Below are positions 30,634-41,546 of a stretch of DNA of 64,000 bases, piece by piece (the stretch's first letter is position 1; every line of letters starts with the position of its first letter). This DNA comes from Gammaproteobacteria bacterium (GTDB lineage Bacteria; Pseudomonadota; Gammaproteobacteria; UBA4575). Position numbers and translations under genes: made by a program. The stretch lies in contig CBDEUS010000002.1 in NCBI GenBank assembly GCA_965243395.1, positions 896,001-960,000 of the forward strand. Reading direction: 5' to 3'. The notes below the pieces were generated by a model. The model ran no database searches. It was not told where the DNA came from and saw only the letters and a list, made by a program, of their open reading frames with translations.

Positions 30634-31782
30634 TTATCGATATAGAGGGCGCTGATCGATTTTTGCATCAATTTCAAAAGTTTTGCCGCGGCGTAAACCT
30701 GCAATAGTTATTTCGGATCCTGGCCTACTGCTGGCTATTTCGTTTTGAATGGTTTTAGCATCACGAATAAGCTTCTCATTAAATGTTAAGATAATATCTC
30801 CAGGACGAATTCCTGCTTTATATGCTGGACTTTGACGTACTACACCTGCAACTAGTACGCCAGTGCGCTCTTTCAAGCCAAATGATTCAGCGAGTTGGGG
30901 AGAAAGATTTTGCAGTTCTAGACCTAACCAGCCACGAATAACACGGCCATGTTCGATTATTTGTGCCATAACATCACTTGCTAAACCAATGGGAATTGCA
31001 AATCCAATGCCTTGTGACCCACCTGATTTAGAAAAAATTGCGGTGTTAATACCTACTAGTTCTCCATATGCATTTATTAATGCTCCTCCTGAATTGCCCG
31101 GATTAATCGCCGCATCCGTTTGAATGAAATTTTCAAACGTATTGATTCCTAATCTATCTCTCCCCGTTGCACTGATAATTCCTTGAGTTACGGTTTGTCC
31201 AAATCCAAAAGGATTTCCTATAGCAAGCACAACATCACCAACTTGCAAGTTAGATGAATCACTAATTATTGCTGTCGGAAGATTTTCAACTTCTATGGTG
31301 AGTACAGCTAGATCCGTTTCAGGGTCTGCACCTAGAACATTTGCGGGAACTGTATGACCGTCTGCAAGAAGGACTGCAATTTCATCAGCATTTTCGATAA
31401 CATGATAGTTTGTTAATACATAACCCTGACTACTCATAATTACACCTGAACCCAAACTGGTTTGAGTGCGTTGTTGTGGTCGATTCAATTCACCAAAAAA
31501 GCGACGCAATAGTGGGCTATCTAAAAGAGGGCTTGGTCGTGTAACAATTTGTTTACTTGTGTAGATGTTTACAACTGCGGGACTGGCTCGTTGTACAGCT
31601 TGTGCATAGGAAACAGGTCCAGATCCTAAATTATCGGGTCGGTCCGAACTATCTTGTAAAAATTCGACCACTGGACGTTTATCGATTACATAGTCCGGTA
31701 AGAATATAAGCAATAACACAGCAGCAAGCACACCAACTGCAACGGCTTGAAATATAAAAAGTAAGAGCTTGCGAATATTCAT
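30634..31782 (-). CDS. degS: HtrA-family serine protease with one PDZ domain (DegS/AlgW)
   Basis: N-terminal TM anchor, TNYHV, TDLAVL, GNSGG, single PDZ; typical position between hisC and nif3. Confidence 0.88.
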   Translation of the reverse strand: MNIRKLLLFIFQAVAVGVLAAVLLLIFLPDYVIDKRPVVEFLQDSSDRPDNLGSGPVSYAQAVQRASPAVVNIYTSKQIVTRPSPLLDSPLLRRFFGELNRPQQRTQTSLGSGVIMSSQGYVLTNYHVIENADEIAVLLADGHTVPANVLGADPETDLAVLTIEVENLPTAIISDSSNLQVGDVVLAIGNPFGFGQTVTQGIISATGRDRLGINTFENFIQTDAAINPGNSGGALINAYGELVGINTAIFSKSGGSQGIGFAIPIGLASDVMAQIIEHGRVIRGWLGLELQNLSPQLAESFGLKERTGVLVAGVVRQSPAYKAGIRPGDIILTFNEKLIRDAKTIQNEIASSRPGSEITIAGLRRGKTFEIDAKIDQRPLYR

Positions 31783-31830
31783 AAGTGCGATAATCTACTC
31801 AACTACTACATTGTTTGTTTATTGTTCATT

Positions 31831-32589
31831 ATGGCCTTGTTAGCAGAACTTACAGAATACATAAATACTTTTTTGCAGGTTGATCGATTTAAAGATTACT
31901 GTCCAAATGGTTTGCAAGTAGAGGGTAATAGCGAGGTTCATAGTGTAGTCACTGGGGTAACCGCAAGCCAGGCCCTAATCGATATAGCTTGTGAAAAAAA
32001 AGCGGATGCAATTTTAGTTCATCATGGCTATTTTTGGCGTAATGAAGAAGCCCAGATAACGGGTATTAAGCGCAAACGAATTGCAACACTGTTAGATCAT
32101 AATATTAGTCTTTTAGCCTATCATTTACCGCTCGATGCACATCCAGAGGTTGGAAATAATGTGCAGCTTGGCCAATTATTAGGCATCCAAATAGATGGTG
32201 AGTTGCTAAATAGCTCTCATAGTATTTGTGGAAGTTATGGTCGTCTAAAAACTCCTTTGCCAGCTGAGCAATTTAAACAGCTAATTGATAAAACACTAGG
32301 TAGAAAAAGTACCCATATCCATGCTGGGTCATCCGATATAACCACAATTGGTTGGTGTACAGGTGCTGGGCAAGCTTTCATCGAAATAGCAGTGCGACAA
32401 GAATTAGACGCTTATATAAGTGGTGAAATTTCTGAAGCGACTACCCATATAGCGCGTGAGTCAGGTATTCATTATTTTGCTGCGGGACATCATGCAACCG
32501 AGCGATATGGCGTCCAAGCACTTGGTGCAAATTTAGCTAAACAATTTGGGATAGAGCACGAATTTGTAGATGTGGATAACCCCGCGTAA
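31831..32589 (+). CDS. Nif3-like dinuclear metal protein (YbgI family)
   Basis: DYCPNGLQVEG, VHHG, YHLPLDAH, GHHATE; ATG at 31831 preferred over TTG at 31822. Confidence 0.93.
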   Translation: MALLAELTEYINTFLQVDRFKDYCPNGLQVEGNSEVHSVVTGVTASQALIDIACEKKADAILVHHGYFWRNEEAQITGIKRKRIATLLDHNISLLAYHLPLDAHPEVGNNVQLGQLLGIQIDGELLNSSHSICGSYGRLKTPLPAEQFKQLIDKTLGRKSTHIHAGSSDITTIGWCTGAGQAFIEIAVRQELDAYISGEISEATTHIARESGIHYFAAGHHATERYGVQALGANLAKQFGIEHEFVDVDNPA

Positions 32590-32760
32590 TTAAAGCAATT
32601 TTTTAACTTCTACTTGACGAAATTGGGTTCTTGCGCCATCCTACTCGTCCTTTGTGAGGCTGCATTCACAAAAAAACATTAAATAAAAATCATCAATATT
32701 TCATCTTTTAAAGTTAACTAGTCCCAAGACTTCGTTGTGTAAAGCTAGGAGAGTGAGTAC

Positions 32761-33360
32761 ATGGCAAAAGACAACATTGATCACAATCGCCGCAAAGCAC
32801 TGACAAATAGTGTCGCAGTAGTAGGTGGCGTTGGCGCTGCGGTTGCAACTTGGCCCTTTATTTCAAGCATGAATCCAAGTGCGAGTGCACTTGCTGCAGG
32901 TGCACCGGTAGAAGTAGATGTCAGCAAAATGGAACCGGGACAACAAATTCAGGAAATTTGGCGTCGTAAACCTGTTTGGATTATTCGTCGTACTCCTGAG
33001 ATGGTACAAACCCTTGCCGGTTTAACAGATAAGCTTCGTGACCCCGATTCTAAAGAAATTTCTCAGCAACCAGCTTTTGCACAAAACGAAATACGTTCAA
33101 TTAAACAAGAATATTTAGTGCTCATTGGGATTTGCACACATTTAGGTTGCTCGCCTGAATTTAAACCTGACCCAGGTGGTAACTTAGGAGCAACATGGCG
33201 GGGTGGATTTTATTGTGCATGCCATGGCTCACGTTTTGATTTGGCAGGGCGTGTATACAAAAATATGCCTGCTAATAAAAATTTGGCAGTGCCTCCTTAT
33301 CATTTTGTTAGTGATAACAGAATATTGATCGGCCTAACACAAGATGAGGCTAAAGCATGA
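32761..33360 (+). CDS. petA: Ubiquinol-cytochrome c reductase Rieske Fe-S subunit
   Basis: Twin-arginine N-terminus, CTHLGC and CACHGS boxes. Confidence 0.96.
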   Translation: MAKDNIDHNRRKALTNSVAVVGGVGAAVATWPFISSMNPSASALAAGAPVEVDVSKMEPGQQIQEIWRRKPVWIIRRTPEMVQTLAGLTDKLRDPDSKEISQQPAFAQNEIRSIKQEYLVLIGICTHLGCSPEFKPDPGGNLGATWRGGFYCACHGSRFDLAGRVYKNMPANKNLAVPPYHFVSDNRILIGLTQDEAKA

Positions 33361-34775
33361 GTGAGTCATCAAAAACTGTAGAGCCTCAGGGTCTGTTGGG
33401 TTGGATAGATGCTCGTTTTCCTCTCACCAAGATGATAAGGGAGCATCTATCGGAATATTATGCACCGAAAAATTTTAACTTCTGGTACTTCTTTGGTTCC
33501 CTCGCGTTACTTGTACTCGTTATTCAAATTTTAACCGGTATCTTTTTAACTATGCATTATAAACCTGATGCAGAACTAGCATTTGCATCGGTAGAACACA
33601 TCATGCGTGATGTGAATTGGGGCTGGTTAATTCGTTATATGCATTCTACGGGCGCATCATTCTTTTTTATTGTTGTGTATTTGCACATGTTCAGAGGTTT
33701 GATGTATGGCTCATTCAAAAGTCCCCGTGAACTCATTTGGATTTTTGGCATGCTTATATATGTTGCCTTAATGGCTGAAGCTTTCATGGGTTATTTATTG
33801 CCTTGGGGCAATATGTCTTACTGGGGTGCACAAGTAATTATTAACTTGTTTAACACCATCCCTGGAGTTGGCGAAGCGATTTCTGAATGGTTGCGTGGTG
33901 ATTTTGTAATTTCTGATGCCACGTTGAATCGATTTTTCTCATTGCACGTCATTGCAGTTCCTCTTGCATTGTTAGGTTTAATCGTTGGGCATATTCTTGC
34001 TTTGCATGAAGTAGGCTCTAACAACCCTGATGGTGTTGAAATTAAAAAGCTTAAAGATGCAAATGGCGTACCACTAGATGGAATTCCTTTTCACCCATAC
34101 TACACCGTGAAAGATATTTTTGGAGCGGTGGTGTTCTTAGCAATATTTTCTGGCGTTGTATTTTTCTGGCCTGAAGTAAACGGTTATTTCTTAGAGCATG
34201 CTAACTTTGATCCTGCAAATCCGTTAAATACGCCGGATCATATTGCACCCATTTGGTATTTCACGCCGTTTTACACTGTTTTGCGTGCCGTACCCAATCC
34301 ATTTGGTGGATTCTTAATGATGGGTTTAGCCATCATAGTTCTATTCTTCTTGCCATGGATAGATCGTAATCCTATTAGATCAATCAGATATCGTAGCTTA
34401 TTATTCAAGATAAACTTATGGATATTTGCCATTACATTTATCATTCTAGGTTATTTGGGATTAAAGCCTGTTACAGATTTATATTCACAATTAGCTTTAC
34501 GTTTTACGCAAATTTATTTCATATTTTTCTTTGTGTTGTGGGCCTATAACAAACCGCGTTCAAATGGATTCTGGACAGGTAGTTTTATAGTGCTTTTAGG
34601 AAGCATCGTTTTATATGACTTTGTAAGGAGTAGGGGTGTGGATGATCCATCCATAATTGCGTTGACTTGGTGGACCTTGTTAATTCCTGCAGTATATTTA
34701 TTTCTAACCCTGTTGATGCCAGAGCTATCGAATTGGGATCGAGAAAAAGAAGTTCCAGAGCGAGTGACATCATGA
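33357..34775 (+). CDS. petB: Cytochrome b of the bc1 complex
   Basis: WYFFGSL, RYMHSTGAS, GYLLPWG, RFFSLH, PFHPYY, HIAPIWYF. Confidence 0.97.
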   Translation: MSESSKTVEPQGLLGWIDARFPLTKMIREHLSEYYAPKNFNFWYFFGSLALLVLVIQILTGIFLTMHYKPDAELAFASVEHIMRDVNWGWLIRYMHSTGASFFFIVVYLHMFRGLMYGSFKSPRELIWIFGMLIYVALMAEAFMGYLLPWGNMSYWGAQVIINLFNTIPGVGEAISEWLRGDFVISDATLNRFFSLHVIAVPLALLGLIVGHILALHEVGSNNPDGVEIKKLKDANGVPLDGIPFHPYYTVKDIFGAVVFLAIFSGVVFFWPEVNGYFLEHANFDPANPLNTPDHIAPIWYFTPFYTVLRAVPNPFGGFLMMGLAIIVLFFLPWIDRNPIRSIRYRSLLFKINLWIFAITFIILGYLGLKPVTDLYSQLALRFTQIYFIFFFVLWAYNKPRSNGFWTGSFIVLLGSIVLYDFVRSRGVDDPSIIALTWWTLLIPAVYLFLTLLMPELSNWDREKEVPERVTS

Positions 34776-35542
34776 AAATGCTAAACAAATTATTTTTCCT
34801 GTTCACTTTATTCTTCTCAACCACCGGAATTGTATGGAGTGCAGGTGGTGGGAATGATGATTTAGAAAAACAACTAGGCAAAGTTCATATCCAGCTAAGT
34901 AATAAGGCTTCATTACAGCGTGGTGCGAAGTACTTTGTGAACTATTGTTTAAGTTGCCATCCTGCACAACATAGTCGTTATAAAAGAGTGGCAGATGATC
35001 TGGGTATTCCAGAAGATAAAATGATCGAAAATTTAATTTTCACTGGCCAAAAGTTTGGTGATTTAATGACTGTGGCAATGAAACGTGAGGATGCGAAAAC
35101 ATGGTTTCTAGGTGTGGACCCACCTGATTTAAGTACGCATGTGCGTGCTATCGGACCACAAGCAGTTTATAACTTTCTTATGTCGTTTTATATTGATGAA
35201 TCTCGCCCATTTGGTGTGAATAATCTGCATTTAAATAACACCGCCATGCCACATGTATTAGCAGACTTGCAAGGATTGCAACGTGCTGATTTTCATATAG
35301 CTCCTGATCCGAGTGGTATAGAACATAAAGAGTTTGATCAATTTGAATTAGTTCAGCCAGGTTCATTAACTGAAGATGAATATAAACAAGTCGTAACTGA
35401 TTTAGTTAATTTTCTAGCCTACCTTAGTGAGCCCGCGCAATTAGTTCGTAAAAAAGTAGGTACTGGCGTACTGATATTTCTCGCTTTTCTAGGTGTAATT
35501 GCTTATTTCTTGAAGAAGAATTATTGGCAAGACGTACACTAA
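34772..35542 (+). CDS. petC: Cytochrome c1
   Basis: SLQRGAKYFVNYCLSCH, PPDLS, MPHVL, C-terminal TM. Start placed at the ATGA overlap with petB rather than 34667. Confidence 0.94.
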   Translation: MKMLNKLFFLFTLFFSTTGIVWSAGGGNDDLEKQLGKVHIQLSNKASLQRGAKYFVNYCLSCHPAQHSRYKRVADDLGIPEDKMIENLIFTGQKFGDLMTVAMKREDAKTWFLGVDPPDLSTHVRAIGPQAVYNFLMSFYIDESRPFGVNNLHLNNTAMPHVLADLQGLQRADFHIAPDPSGIEHKEFDQFELVQPGSLTEDEYKQVVTDLVNFLAYLSEPAQLVRKKVGTGVLIFLAFLGVIAYFLKKNYWQDVH

Positions 35543-35584
35543 AAATTTGCTCATAACCTTTAAAACAAAAATAAAGAGATTAAT

Positions 35585-36214
35585 ATGGCCTTAGTTGCAA
35601 ACCGTCGCTCGGGAATGACGCTATTTTCGGATCCACATTGTGCCCAGAGTCATCGTACTCGTATCGTTTTAGCGGAAAAAGATATTACGGTTGATGTTGT
35701 ACACATTGATCCAAACAACAAACCCGAAGATTTGCTTGATGTAAATCCATATAACTCTGTCCCTACACTCATCGATCGAGAATTGGTGCTTTATGATGCC
35801 CGCGTCATTATGGAATACTTGGATGAGCGTTTTCCTCATCCGCCATTAATGCCTGTAGATCCTGTATCACGTTCTAAATCACGTCTGGCATTGTTTCATA
35901 TTGAAAAAGATTGGTATGTACCGTTAAGTGAAATTAATTCAAGTAATACTATTGCCGCAGATAACGCAAAAAAAGCTTTGCAAGAAAGCATACTTTCTAC
36001 AGTAGAAGTGTTTAATGCAAAGCCGTATTTTTTAAGTGATGAATTTAGTTTGGTAGATTGCAGTATTGCTCCCATTTTATGGAGATTACCTTATTTCGGT
36101 ATCAAACTAGGTGCATCAGCAAAGCCTATTATGCAATATGCTGAACGTGTATTTGATCGACCTTCTTTCCGAAGTAGTCTTTCTGAAGAAGAAGTCGAAA
36201 TGTGGCCAGGTTAG
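35585..36214 (+). CDS. sspA: Stringent starvation protein A (GST fold)
   Basis: NPYNSVPTLIDR, EYLDERFPHPPLMP; follows petC. Confidence 0.95.
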   Translation: MALVANRRSGMTLFSDPHCAQSHRTRIVLAEKDITVDVVHIDPNNKPEDLLDVNPYNSVPTLIDRELVLYDARVIMEYLDERFPHPPLMPVDPVSRSKSRLALFHIEKDWYVPLSEINSSNTIAADNAKKALQESILSTVEVFNAKPYFLSDEFSLVDCSIAPILWRLPYFGIKLGASAKPIMQYAERVFDRPSFRSSLSEEEVEMWPG

Positions 36215-36264
36215 TCGACAAAAAACTTTAAGCTTTAACTTCTAAACGAAATCAAAAAATCGTC

Positions 36265-36648
36265 ATGACATCAAGCCGTCCATACTTATTAAGAGCAATG
36301 TATGAGTGGATTGTCGATAATGGTATGACGCCATATGTTTTGGTCGATACACGAAATGATCAAGTTAAGATCCCCCGACAATATGAAGAAGACGGCAAAA
36401 TTGTATTAAATATCGGTCCAGCAGCTGTAGGATCACTAGATATAAACAATCAGGCTTTAAGTTTTGATGCTAGGTTTGATGGCGATTCTATGGATATATA
36501 TGTTCCTATGGAATTTATTTTAGCAATTTATACACGTGAAAATGGACAAGGAATGATGTTTGCTGATGAAGACATGCCACCCCCTGGGGATGATTCAGAA
36601 CAAGGTTCAGGAAAACAAAAGCAGCCTCATCTTCGTGTTGTAAAATGA
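36265..36648 (+). CDS. sspB: ClpXP adaptor SspB
   Basis: [22 protein letters not shown]-terminal LRVVK ClpX-binding tail. Confidence 0.96.
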   Translation: MTSSRPYLLRAMYEWIVDNGMTPYVLVDTRNDQVKIPRQYEEDGKIVLNIGPAAVGSLDINNQALSFDARFDGDSMDIYVPMEFILAIYTRENGQGMMFADEDMPPPGDDSEQGSGKQKQPHLRVVK

Positions 36649-37169
36649 TTAAAATTTTACAAGACGATATCACAATTTTAAAAATTGATGCCATTGTAAA
36701 TGCGGCAAACAATAGTTTGCTCGGTGGTGGTGGAGTAGATGGCGCTATCCATAAAGCTGCGGGTCCTGAACTTCTAGAATTTAATAAAACTTTAAATGGC
36801 TGTGAAACAGGTGAAGCAAAAATTTCTCCCGGTTTCAAACTTCCTGCAAATTGGATCATTCATACAGTAGGACCGGTGTGGCAAGGCGGTAATCAAGGTG
36901 AACCTGAATTGCTTGCACAGTGTTATAAAAATAGTTTTGAACTTGCTCTCGAAAATCAAATTAAATCTATCGCTTTTCCAGCAATCAGTACAGGAGTGTA
37001 TGGATATCCAAAACAGGCTGCAGCGCTAATTGCAATTCAACAGTTACAAAATTTTGATGAAAAATTTGATGAGGTAATTGCTTGCTGTTTTAGCGAAGTG
37101 GATGTAGAGATTTATGAGAGATTATTAGCTGAGTATAGATCTTACGAATATGAGTCAAATCATGGGTGA
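36645..37169 (+). CDS. Macro-domain O-acetyl-ADP-ribose deacetylase (YmdB-like)
   Basis: [39 protein letters not shown]. Confidence 0.93.
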   Translation: MIKILQDDITILKIDAIVNAANNSLLGGGGVDGAIHKAAGPELLEFNKTLNGCETGEAKISPGFKLPANWIIHTVGPVWQGGNQGEPELLAQCYKNSFELALENQIKSIAFPAISTGVYGYPKQAAALIAIQQLQNFDEKFDEVIACCFSEVDVEIYERLLAEYRSYEYESNHG

Positions 37170-37184
37170 TTTGTATTTCTAATG

Positions 37185-37243
37185 ACTTTAATCTGAAACA
37201 ACATCCCTGTTGTTACTCTTATTCGCACATCCATATGCTCACT
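37185..37243 (-). repeat. Twin-hairpin 3'-UTR element, copy 2 (CsrA-type GGA loops)
   Basis: Minus strand AGTGAGCATATGGATGTGCGAATAAGAGTAACAACAGGGATGTTGTTTCAGATTAAAGT; begins at the stop codon of the FAD oxidase gene; homologous to 8308-8366. Confidence 0.75.
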
Positions 37244-38615
37244 ACGGTAGTGTCTTTCCGGGATTTAGAATGTTATTGGGGTCAAACTGTTGTTTGATTT
37301 TATGCATTAAAGAAAGTGTTGCAGCATCAATTTCTTGAGATACAAATTCGCGTTTAGTTAATCCCACCCCATGTTCACCTGAAAGTGTGCCGCCTAGTTT
37401 TAATACCTGTTCAAAAACTTCGCTTAAACATGTTTTAGCTGCAGCCTCTTGCTTATTTGCGTCATATAAAAGATTGACATGTAAGTTACCATTGCCTGCA
37501 TGACCAAAATTAAAAATTGCAATGTCATGTTTTTTGCTTAATTTTTCAAGTTCAATTAATAGCGCGGGTAATTGAGTAACAGGCACCACTACATCTTCGT
37601 TAATTTTGTTTGGAGCAAAACTACGCAAAGCAGGAGACAATACTTTACGTGCTGCCCACAAGTCCGTTTTTTGTTTTGTATCTTCAGCGGTTTGAAGTTC
37701 GATGCACCCATTATTTTGTGCTGCATTCAATACTGCCTCTGTGCTAACTGCAATACTTTTCTTGAGGCCATCCACTTCTATCATCAACATCGCTTGTGCT
37801 TGAGGATTTATCTCAAGACTGGAATGCTGACGAATTAAGTTCAGTGACCCAGTGTCAATAAACTCCAACGCATACGGTAATGTGTTTTGTGCGAGCATAT
37901 TGATGACAGCATCAATTGCAGCACCGGTGTTTTTATAAAGTGCACGAACAGTATTAATATGCTGCGGTTTAGGATGAAGTTTTAATCGTGCTTCAGTAAT
38001 AACACCTAAGGTTCCTTCGCTGCCTATTAGTAAGCGAGTGAGATCTAATCCTACAACACCTTTTGTGGTTGCGCTGCCGGTATGGATAGTTTCGCCTGTT
38101 CCTGTAACGACTTTAAGGCCCAAAGTATTTTCTCTACAAGTTCCAAATTTCACAGCGCGAGGTCCAGCAGCATTGCAAGCCAAATTACCACCCACAGTAC
38201 AATAATCTGCGCTACTCGGGTCGGGTGGCCAAAATAAATTTTGCTCAGTTGCACATTTTTGAATGTCTGCATTTATTACACCCGGCTCTACCCGCATGTT
38301 TCGATTATCAATATCCAATTCGATTATTTGATTCATACGTTCCGTTGATAGTACGACACCAGACTGCACGGGAACGGCAGCACCTGTGGTCCCAGTACCA
38401 CGTCCTCTTGTGGTAAGTGGAATGTAATGTTCATTGCAAATTTTTACACAGCTTACAATTTGTTCGTGTTTTGTAGGAAGTAAAACAAGATCAGGACAAG
38501 CATGTTGCTTGCTGTTGTCATAGCCATAGGCCCAGCACTCACCTTGATCAGTAAGTACAGCATTTTTACCACAAGCTTCAATAAATTTGTTTGTAATGTG
38601 TGAATCTAAAGCCAC
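37242..38615 (-). CDS. FAD-linked oxidase (GlcD / D-2-hydroxyacid dehydrogenase family)
   Basis: RGRGTGTTG, PPDPSS, GSEGTLG, GHAGNGNLH, SGEHGVG, FDPNNILNPGK. Confidence 0.9.
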   Translation of the reverse strand: MALDSHITNKFIEACGKNAVLTDQGECWAYGYDNSKQHACPDLVLLPTKHEQIVSCVKICNEHYIPLTTRGRGTGTTGAAVPVQSGVVLSTERMNQIIELDIDNRNMRVEPGVINADIQKCATEQNLFWPPDPSSADYCTVGGNLACNAAGPRAVKFGTCRENTLGLKVVTGTGETIHTGSATTKGVVGLDLTRLLIGSEGTLGVITEARLKLHPKPQHINTVRALYKNTGAAIDAVINMLAQNTLPYALEFIDTGSLNLIRQHSSLEINPQAQAMLMIEVDGLKKSIAVSTEAVLNAAQNNGCIELQTAEDTKQKTDLWAARKVLSPALRSFAPNKINEDVVVPVTQLPALLIELEKLSKKHDIAIFNFGHAGNGNLHVNLLYDANKQEAAAKTCLSEVFEQVLKLGGTLSGEHGVGLTKREFVSQEIDAATLSLMHKIKQQFDPNNILNPGKTLP

Positions 38616-38629
38616 GTTTAACTAAACGT

Positions 38630-39575
<946 letters not shown>

Positions 39576-39582
39576 GCATCAT

Positions 39583-41514
39583 TTACTGGTTGGGCTCTAA
39601 TCGTGCTGAATAATCGGGTATTGAACCTAATGTTTCTGGTTTGCCTTTATTAAATTTAGCCCATACGAGTTCGCGATAAATTCTATTTTGTGAATCAATA
39701 CTTAACTTCCCTGTGGTGCCATCATAACGGTCAAATTCATTTGCAGCTAAGCGTTGTAAATGTGGAATCACTCGGTACGCATCAATTCCTAAAGCTGCGA
39801 AGCGTGGCAATCTAGAAGAGCTACTAGAGGCCTGTAAATCCAAGGAGTCTTTTAGTAATGCTATCGAAGGGTCATCAGTCAGTAACCAAGGTACATCGCA
39901 ATATGTAATACCATTAATATCCTGGTCAGCAGAAATGTTTTCATTTCCAGAATAAACATGTGAAGTAGCAAATACAGGCAAATCAGAGGCAAAGTGATAA
40001 CTTAACTGAGGGCGAATTAATCGCGCTTGTTGTGGTGATGCTGCAATGAAAACAAAGTCTGCATCTTGCCGTCGTCTTGGCTCAAATTCTACTTCGGCTT
40101 TAATTATCGATTGCACATTGCGTCGACGAAATTCGCTTTGATTGAGTTGTAATAAAGATTTAATAGCAACAGAGTAATCTGCATCTTGTGGAAAATAGCG
40201 TTCAGACTGCAACACTGTACCGCCTAATTCAAGAAAGCGACTGGAAAAAGCAGATAATAAACGCGTACCCCATTCACCTTCAGGAACGAGTACTAATGCA
40301 GTACTTTTATTTTCAAAAGCTGCGCGTTCAGCAACTTGTTTTGCTTCATCCTCAGGTAGCAAACCAAATTGGTATAAATTATTGGCACCTGTTAATACAT
40401 TGCCTGAGTAATTCAAAGATAATGTTGGCACAGGTAATGTGCCTTGGCTTGCCAATGAGCGTACAGCATCTTTTTGGAATGGCCCAATGATAAATTCGGC
40501 CCCTTCAGATACGGCACGGCGATAATAACTTACTGCTGATATAGGGTCATCGCCGGTGTCATAAACTACAAGTTCGGGTGGCGGGTTAAATGCTTCATCA
40601 AATTCACGTGCCGTAATAACACCTGAGTATACAGCTTCGGCAACTTTGCCATAACGTCCAGTGAGCGGTAATAGCAGCGCGATTTTATTTGGCGCTATAT
40701 GAAAAGCTGCATAATCCTGATTGACTGAGTCAATAATATGATTGGGGATGCGGTGTCCTGAGAATCTCTTTCTCCATTGCTGAATGGCATTATCAATGGA
40801 TGCCTGGTTTGCATGGGGTTGCTTTTGTATAGCTACTAAGCCTAACCAAGCGGCAAGTTCGAAATTATTATTGTTTTGTGACCATGAATGTAATTCTTCA
40901 GTATGAGTGTTAAGCAGCGACTGCCATATGAGCTCATTATTTTTTTTCAATTGTGCTGGTTTTTTCAATAAATTATTTAACGCAATGCGTGTTTCGATAG
41001 ATTGCTTGACTTGACCTACACTATTGAGAGCTTTAGCGCGAACAGCGAATAAATGTGGATTATATTTGTCTGAAAGATTAATTAATTTTTCTGGTACGGC
41101 ATTGAGTGCGAGCTGTGGCTGTCCATTCAATAATGCTAATTCAGCCGTTGCCACACGTTTGCGAACAAATAGATCTTGATTTAACGTGCTTTCATCAATT
41201 GCGCTTAAATATTGTTGAGCTTGAATTTTGGTCTCTGGTTGCAACACAGCTTCAGCCGCTCTAATTTGTAATGCTTCTTTTTGAGGTGATGGTTGATTCT
41301 CAGACTCAGACCAAAAAATAGCCGCAGCTTCTTGATACTTGCCTTCGCTAAGAAGCTTTTCGGCTTTGCGTGTTTGTGCATTGCCAGTGTTAAATACTTT
41401 GCTTGAGTCGAGAGAAAAATCAGCACAACTTGAAAGCATGAGCACAGCAAATAATGTTATAAATGCCAGTGCAAAAGAACTTTTTAATGAGTTTGGGTGT
41501 TGGGTTATTTGCAT
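39583..41514 (-). CDS. lpoA: Penicillin-binding protein activator LpoA (LppC family lipoprotein)
   Basis: Lipobox LSSC, KIALLLPLTG, FGLLPEDEA, ALGIDAY; divergent from rsmI. Confidence 0.9.
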   Translation of the reverse strand: MQITQHPNSLKSSFALAFITLFAVLMLSSCADFSLDSSKVFNTGNAQTRKAEKLLSEGKYQEAAAIFWSESENQPSPQKEALQIRAAEAVLQPETKIQAQQYLSAIDESTLNQDLFVRKRVATAELALLNGQPQLALNAVPEKLINLSDKYNPHLFAVRAKALNSVGQVKQSIETRIALNNLLKKPAQLKKNNELIWQSLLNTHTEELHSWSQNNNNFELAAWLGLVAIQKQPHANQASIDNAIQQWRKRFSGHRIPNHIIDSVNQDYAAFHIAPNKIALLLPLTGRYGKVAEAVYSGVITAREFDEAFNPPPELVVYDTGDDPISAVSYYRRAVSEGAEFIIGPFQKDAVRSLASQGTLPVPTLSLNYSGNVLTGANNLYQFGLLPEDEAKQVAERAAFENKSTALVLVPEGEWGTRLLSAFSSRFLELGGTVLQSERYFPQDADYSVAIKSLLQLNQSEFRRRNVQSIIKAEVEFEPRRRQDADFVFIAASPQQARLIRPQLSYHFASDLPVFATSHVYSGNENISADQDINGITYCDVPWLLTDDPSIALLKDSLDLQASSSSSRLPRFAALGIDAYRVIPHLQRLAANEFDRYDGTTGKLSIDSQNRIYRELVWAKFNKGKPETLGSIPDYSARLEPNQ

Positions 41515-41546
41515 TAATATGTCTGCTTTAAATTTCTAATTAATAT

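Noticed and set aside
34667-34771. N-terminal extensions from the ORF track (petC; likewise gmhA, ftsW, ftsQ, murG)
   Set aside because: Most overlap the upstream gene, and downstream ATGs give canonical N-termini.
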